In this document: positions 59,222 through 64,000 of the stretch, in pieces
How positions within the stretch are numbered: the first letter of the stretch is position 1
Layout: each line of letters opens with the position of its first letter
Source: Gammaproteobacteria bacterium
GTDB lineage: Bacteria; Pseudomonadota; Gammaproteobacteria; Eutrophobiales; Eutrophobiaceae
Assembly (NCBI GenBank): GCA_030835405.1
Contig: JAURPG010000097.1
Coordinates: 8,479 to 72,478, forward strand
Direction of reading: 5' to 3'
DNA length: 64,000 nt
Made by a program: the position numbers and the translations under genes
Notes under the pieces: model-generated
The model's database searches: none
What the model saw: only the letters and a program-made list of their open reading frames with translations
Told to the model about the DNA's origin: nothing

Positions 59222-61615
59222 ATGATAAAAAATTCATGCAAAATTATTTTTCTCGTTCTATTGTTGAATACGTTTAACGTTTCAGCCATAGAAGAGTTCG
59301 TTATTGAAGATATTCGCATTGCCGGTCTGCAGCGATTGACTCCAGGAACAATCTTCAATTACCTCCCCGTTGAGATTGGTGATGTATTTAATGATCAGAC
59401 TGCCTCCGAATCCCTTCGCGAATTATTCAGGACCGGTTTTTTTGATGATATCAGCATTGAAAAAGAAGGAAATATTCTCCTGATAACAGTTGATGAAAGA
59501 CCCACTATTGGCAGCCTTGAAATAGACGGGAACAAGGACATTACAACAGATAATCTCATGGAAGGTCTGGAAGAGGCCGGCTTTGTTGAAGGTCGGGTGT
59601 TTGATCGTTCACAGGTGGAAAAATTACAGATTGAACTTGAACGACAATATCATGCTAATGGTAAATATGGTGTGCGCATTACCTCTGAGGTTGAAGAACT
59701 GCCTAATAACCGGGTTGGTATCTCAGTGACGATATCAGAAGGTGATGCTGCAAAAATCAGAAGCATCAATATTGTTGGTAATACTGTCTATTCTGAAGAT
59801 GTATTACTTGATGAATTTGAGCTGGGGACTGGCGGAATCATGAACATGTTGACCAAGGGAGATCGCTATTCCAGGCAAAAACTTGGTGCAGACATCGAGA
59901 CACTCCAGTCTTACTATCAGGATAGGGGGTATATCAATTTTGATGTTGAATCCACCCAGGTCACCATTACCCCTGATAGAAAAGATATCTATATCACCAT
60001 TAACATAAGCGAAGGTGAGCAGTTCACGGTCTCAGGTGTAAAACTTGCGGGGGAATTTGTAATAAATGAACGCCAATTGTTCGGTATGGTTTCAGTCAAT
60101 GAAGGCAGTTTATTTTCAAGGGCACAAATGACCTCTACCAGTGAGCGTTTAACCAGCATTCTGGGATCAGTTGGTTATGCGTTTGCAAATGTCAATGCGG
60201 TACCTGATATTGATGAAGAAAATAACACCGTCGAGATAACTTTTTTTATAGACCCGGGTAAGCGTGTATATGTCAGGCGGATAAATTTTATAGGTAATGT
60301 TCGTACCCGGGACGAAGTTTTACGGCGTGAAATGCGACAACAGGAAGGGGGTTGGCTGTCAACACCCCTGGTAGAACGAGGCAAGATCAGGTTACAGCGG
60401 TTGGGTTTTTTCGGCGATGAAATCAATTCAGAAACACCTGCCGTTCCAGGTTCGGCCGACCAGGTGGATGTCGATTACACTGTCGAGGAACGGCCATTTG
60501 GTACCTTTACTGCAGGACTTGGATACTCTCAACTTGATGGTCTGATAATCTCAACCAGTATTTCGCAGAATAATGTGTTCGGAACAGGTAACAGGATTGC
60601 CTTTGCTTTTAACAATAGCAGTTTTAGCAGGAATTTTAGCCTGGGTTATTTTAATCCCTATTTCACAGATGACGGCATCAGTCGGGGTTATAATTTAAAT
60701 TATTCACAAACCAATGGTCGGGAGGCAAACCTGACGGCGTTTGATAGCCGTATCATTGGTGCAAGCATTAATTTTGGTTTTCCCATCTCGGAATTCAACG
60801 CCATCAGTACTTCCTTTGGTTATGAAAACAATAAATTGTCTGGAGACGGATTTTTTGCCAACCAGGTGCTGGATTTTATTCAACGAGAGGGTAATGAGTT
60901 TGACATTTTAAGGGTAAGTGTGGGGTATTCTTTTGATACCCGTAACAATACTATATTCCCCAGTCGAGGTATGTTTTACACTGTGGTTGGTGAGGTCGCA
61001 GTTCCTAACCCATTGAATTCTATTGAGTTTTATAAATTATCCTATCGTGGCCAGTACTTTCGGCCACTGGGTAGAGGATTTGTATTCGCGTTAAAGGGAG
61101 ACCTTGGTTATGGCAATGGATTTTTAGGTACAGACAGGTTGCCATTTTTCGAAAACTATTATGCTGGCGGCCCCCGATCGGTGCGTGGATACCAGCAAAA
61201 TACCCTCGGGCCGCTGGATAATTTCGGCAATCCCCTGGGCGGTAATATCAAGGTTGTGACTGGCGCAGAATTGATAATTCCGATACCATTTCTTGAACAA
61301 TTTGACCAATTTCAGTTTTCTGCCTTTGTTGATGCTGGTAATGTATACTGTACAGGCTCTGGTCTGACTGATATTGAAGAAGATCAGGTTATTGGGCCTA
61401 TTGGGTTGAATACCCCACAAAATATCGTTAATAATAGCCCTTTTTGCCGTGAGGCAGACAAATTTAACCTGGCAAATTTGAAGGGGTCAGCGGGGCTGGG
61501 CGCAGTATGGATTTCACCCCTGGGTGTGATGAGTTTTAGCTTGTCTACCCCGTTTAATAATACTGTGAGGGACCGTACGGAGCAGTTTCAGTTTAATATT
61601 GGGACAAGTTTTTAG
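59222..61615 (+). CDS. bamA: Outer membrane protein assembly factor BamA
   Basis: Signal peptide, POTRA domains (GLQR, RTRDEVLRRE), VRGY motif and C-terminal FQFNIGTSF; ATG at 59222. Confidence 0.97.
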   Translation: MIKNSCKIIFLVLLLNTFNVSAIEEFVIEDIRIAGLQRLTPGTIFNYLPVEIGDVFNDQTASESLRELFRTGFFDDISIEKEGNILLITVDERPTIGSLEIDGNKDITTDNLMEGLEEAGFVEGRVFDRSQVEKLQIELERQYHANGKYGVRITSEVEELPNNRVGISVTISEGDAAKIRSINIVGNTVYSEDVLLDEFELGTGGIMNMLTKGDRYSRQKLGADIETLQSYYQDRGYINFDVESTQVTITPDRKDIYITINISEGEQFTVSGVKLAGEFVINERQLFGMVSVNEGSLFSRAQMTSTSERLTSILGSVGYAFANVNAVPDIDEENNTVEITFFIDPGKRVYVRRINFIGNVRTRDEVLRREMRQQEGGWLSTPLVERGKIRLQRLGFFGDEINSETPAVPGSADQVDVDYTVEERPFGTFTAGLGYSQLDGLIISTSISQNNVFGTGNRIAFAFNNSSFSRNFSLGYFNPYFTDDGISRGYNLNYSQTNGREANLTAFDSRIIGASINFGFPISEFNAISTSFGYENNKLSGDGFFANQVLDFIQREGNEFDILRVSVGYSFDTRNNTIFPSRGMFYTVVGEVAVPNPLNSIEFYKLSYRGQYFRPLGRGFVFALKGDLGYGNGFLGTDRLPFFENYYAGGPRSVRGYQQNTLGPLDNFGNPLGGNIKVVTGAELIIPIPFLEQFDQFQFSAFVDAGNVYCTGSGLTDIEEDQVIGPIGLNTPQNIVNNSPFCREADKFNLANLKGSAGLGAVWISPLGVMSFSLSTPFNNTVRDRTEQFQFNIGTSF

Positions 61616-61641
61616 TAATTTAAACAATTGGAGTTTAGAAC

Positions 61642-62169
61642 GTGAGAAGATTTAATCGATTAATCGTCATATCAACGATCATCAGCATATTCAGTGCTGT
61701 CACAACAGCGGTTCAGGCACAGGAGTACAAGATAGGTGTCGTGAATGCAGTACGAATTCTAGAGCAATCACCCCAAGCGCGTAAAACAACCGCATTAATT
61801 GAAAATGAATTTTCTCCGCGTAACAAGCAATTGGTAGAAGAGCAAAAAACTCTACAGACCATGGAAGAACGCCTCGCTAAAGACGCCGCAGTTATGAGTG
61901 AAAATGAACGTCGTAATCTTGAGCGTGACATTATCAATAAGCGCCGTGAATTAAAACGTGACGAAGATGAGTTTCGTGAAGATCTGACTTTCAGGCGGAA
62001 TGAAGAATTGGCAAAGATCCAGACTGAAATTGTCAATGCCATACAAATGGTGGCTCGTGACAATAATTTTGATCTGGTCATGAGTGAAGGTGTGATTTTT
62101 GCCAGTGCAAAAGTCGATATGACTGACATGGTCATTAAATATCTGTCAGATCAGGCGGCTGCCGAATAA
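61642..62169 (+). CDS. skp: Periplasmic chaperone Skp/OmpH
   Basis: Signal peptide, KIGVVN, coiled coil and FDLV...DMTDMVI motifs; between bamA and lpxD. Confidence 0.92.
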   Translation: MRRFNRLIVISTIISIFSAVTTAVQAQEYKIGVVNAVRILEQSPQARKTTALIENEFSPRNKQLVEEQKTLQTMEERLAKDAAVMSENERRNLERDIINKRRELKRDEDEFREDLTFRRNEELAKIQTEIVNAIQMVARDNNFDLVMSEGVIFASAKVDMTDMVIKYLSDQAAAE

Positions 62170-62196
62170 GGCGAATGAAATACGCCATTACCAGTA

Positions 62197-63213
62197 ATGG
62201 AATACAGTCTTGGGGAAATTGCCAGGCTAATTAATGCAGAATTAATTGGCAATGCAGATGACCTCGTTAATGGTGTCGCTTCGCTCTCAACTGCCACAAA
62301 CCAGCAAGTAAGCTTTTTTGTAAATTCAAAGTTCCAATCACACCTGAAAAATACAGGAGCAGGCGCCGTTATCCTGTCTTATGATGATGTGGATATGTGT
62401 CCCGTGCATAGTCTGGTTTGCAAAGAACCTTATGTTGCATATGTGAAAGTCGCAAATTTATTAAATCCCTTACCAGAATATAAACCAGGTATACATCCAT
62501 CTGCGGTTGTAGATGGGTCCTCCTCAATTGCTGAGTCTGCCTGTATAGGCGCAAATACCTATATTGGCCCCGATGTTGAAATCAAGGACAATGTCTTTGT
62601 TGGACATGGTTGTATTATTGATAGTGGTTGTCTTATTGATGATAATTCCAGATTAATGGCTAATGTGAATTTGTATCATAAGGTGAAAATTGGGAAGCGT
62701 GTTGTAATACACTCCGGTGTAGTCATTGGATCGGATGGATTTGGACTGGTTAATGATGAGGGTCGTTGGCTGAAAATTCCCCAGTTAGGAACCGTGCAAA
62801 TAGGGAATGATGTAGAAATTGGTGCCAATACTGCGGTAGATCGAGGTGCATTGGACGATACCCGGATTGAAGATGGCGTAAAGATCGATAATCTGGTGCA
62901 GATTGGACATAATGTTATTATAGGTGAGAATACCGCTATCGCCGGAAGTGCGGTGATAGCAGGAAGTGTGGTCATTGGAAAGCGCTGTATGATTGGTGGT
63001 GCGAGCGCAATTGCCGGTCATCTCAAGATAGTCGATGATGTGATAATCACCGGGCTTTCTGGTGTCACAAATTCTATTAATAAGCCCGGAAAATACTCTG
63101 GCTCAATGACGACAACTGAGAACATGACCTGGCGAAAAAATATGGTCCGATTGCGTCATCTGGATGAATTGGCAAGAAAAATCAATGCATTGGAAGATAA
63201 GAATAAGGCCTAA
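62197..63213 (+). CDS. lpxD: UDP-3-O-(3-hydroxyacyl)glucosamine N-acyltransferase
   Basis: Hexapeptide repeats; [21 protein letters not shown] and [11 protein letters not shown] motifs. Confidence 0.97.
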   Translation: MEYSLGEIARLINAELIGNADDLVNGVASLSTATNQQVSFFVNSKFQSHLKNTGAGAVILSYDDVDMCPVHSLVCKEPYVAYVKVANLLNPLPEYKPGIHPSAVVDGSSSIAESACIGANTYIGPDVEIKDNVFVGHGCIIDSGCLIDDNSRLMANVNLYHKVKIGKRVVIHSGVVIGSDGFGLVNDEGRWLKIPQLGTVQIGNDVEIGANTAVDRGALDDTRIEDGVKIDNLVQIGHNVIIGENTAIAGSAVIAGSVVIGKRCMIGGASAIAGHLKIVDDVIITGLSGVTNSINKPGKYSGSMTTTENMTWRKNMVRLRHLDELARKINALEDKNKA

Positions 63214-63230
63214 ATGAACAGGGAAATAAC

Positions 63231-63686
63231 ATGACTGAATTAAGTACAAATAAAATAAAGAATTATCTGCCTCATCGTTATCCCTTTTTATTGTTAGACA
63301 GGGTGCTGGAGGTAAAACCAGGAGAATCAATCAAGGCCTTGAAAAATGTGACGGTGAATGAACCTTTTTTTCACGGGCATTTCCCCGAGCAGGCATTGAT
63401 GCCTGGGGTATTAATTATTGAGGCCATGGCCCAGGCAGCTGCGATACTTGGCGTCATTTCAGGTGCAGAATCCAGGGACGATTTGGATAATATTTTGTAT
63501 TACCTCGTTGGTATTGATAAAGCTCGGTTCAGAAAAACTGTTATTCCGGGAGACCAGTTAATCATCGAAGTTAAATTTATGACAGTGAAACGTAATATCT
63601 GGAAATTTTCTGCTACAGCCAGCGTTGATGACAAAATAGTTGCAAATACTGAATTATTAACGACTGTAGCGGAAGTAGAAGCTTGA
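63231..63686 (+). CDS. fabZ: 3-hydroxyacyl-ACP dehydratase
   Basis: [13 protein letters not shown] and [10 protein letters not shown]...[12 protein letters not shown] motifs. Confidence 0.98.
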   Translation: MTELSTNKIKNYLPHRYPFLLLDRVLEVKPGESIKALKNVTVNEPFFHGHFPEQALMPGVLIIEAMAQAAAILGVISGAESRDDLDNILYYLVGIDKARFRKTVIPGDQLIIEVKFMTVKRNIWKFSATASVDDKIVANTELLTTVAEVEA

Positions 63687-64000
63687 TCCATAATACCGCG
63701 ATTATCCACCCAGATGCTGAAATTGATAACGATGTAGAAATAGGTCCCTACTCGGTAATTGGTAATAATGTCAAAATAGGGGCTGGTACCAGGATTGCAT
63801 CTCATGTCGTTATCAATGGCCCAACAAAAATAGGTGAAAATAATCAATTTTTTCAGTTTTCTTCAATAGGTGATGCCCCCCAGGACAAGAAGTACTCAGG
63901 GGATGAAGAATCTACTCTAATCATGGGTAACAACAATGTTATCCGTGAATCCTGTACGATTAACCGCGGGACTGAGGCTGGTGGTGGTGTGACACGGCTT
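63683..64000 (+). CDS. lpxA: Acyl-ACP--UDP-N-acetylglucosamine O-acyltransferase (partial, runs off window)
   Basis: TTG start overlapping the fabZ stop; my translation [27 protein letters not shown]...[11 protein letters not shown]...[11 protein letters not shown]. Not in the supplied ORF track. Confidence 0.93.
   Translation, partial: MIHNTAIIHPDAEIDNDVEIGPYSVIGNNVKIGAGTRIASHVVINGPTKIGENNQFFQFSSIGDAPQDKKYSGDEESTLIMGNNNVIRESCTINRGTEAGGGVTRL

Noticed and set aside
1..64000. Numerous 60-170 aa ORFs overlapping the annotated genes, and any tRNA, rRNA, IS, integrase or prophage
   Set aside because: The short ORFs are antisense or alternate-frame shadows of well-supported genes. No structural RNA or mobile-element hallmarks were seen by eye.

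Overview
A 64-kb window from a non-enteric gammaproteobacterial chromosome, inferred from the core gene order rpsB-tsf-pyrH-frr-uppS-cdsA-dxr-rseP-bamA-skp-lpxD-fabZ-lpxA plus fabA-fabB, map-glnD and mutH. The left part holds an aminotransferase, MscS, a RimK triad, tamAB, an antiporter fused to tandem RCK domains and a MacB-type ABC exporter. The 18.5-31.4 kb stretch is an accessory patchwork: DUF4159, a cyclophilin/DUF11/CFI-box protein, an SSS symporter, HAD, a lectin-like protein, arfB, GNAT, SDR and DUF3750. It also carries three damaged genes: an unannotated ornithine-cyclodeaminase-like remnant, a frameshifted MscS and an internally deleted NhaP-type antiporter. The middle holds fabAB, ispG, acs, class III PHA synthase phaE-phaC with a PhaR-like operator over its promoter, and a partial hopanoid cluster (HpnL-like, squalene synthase, HpnG-like, a PhnY-like Fe/2OG dioxygenase, HpnN). 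The most striking unannotated signal is at 29.25-29.61 kb. It is a tandem pair of minus-strand two-hairpin small RNA candidates whose loops show anti-Shine-Dalgarno CCUCCUCCC/C-rich motifs (cuckoo/CyaR-like). The upstream one lies behind a class II CRP-type promoter (TGTGA-N6-TCACA centred at -41.5, -10 TATCAT). No rRNA, tRNA, CRISPR array or transposase was seen. All calls come from reading motifs by eye; no database searches were run.
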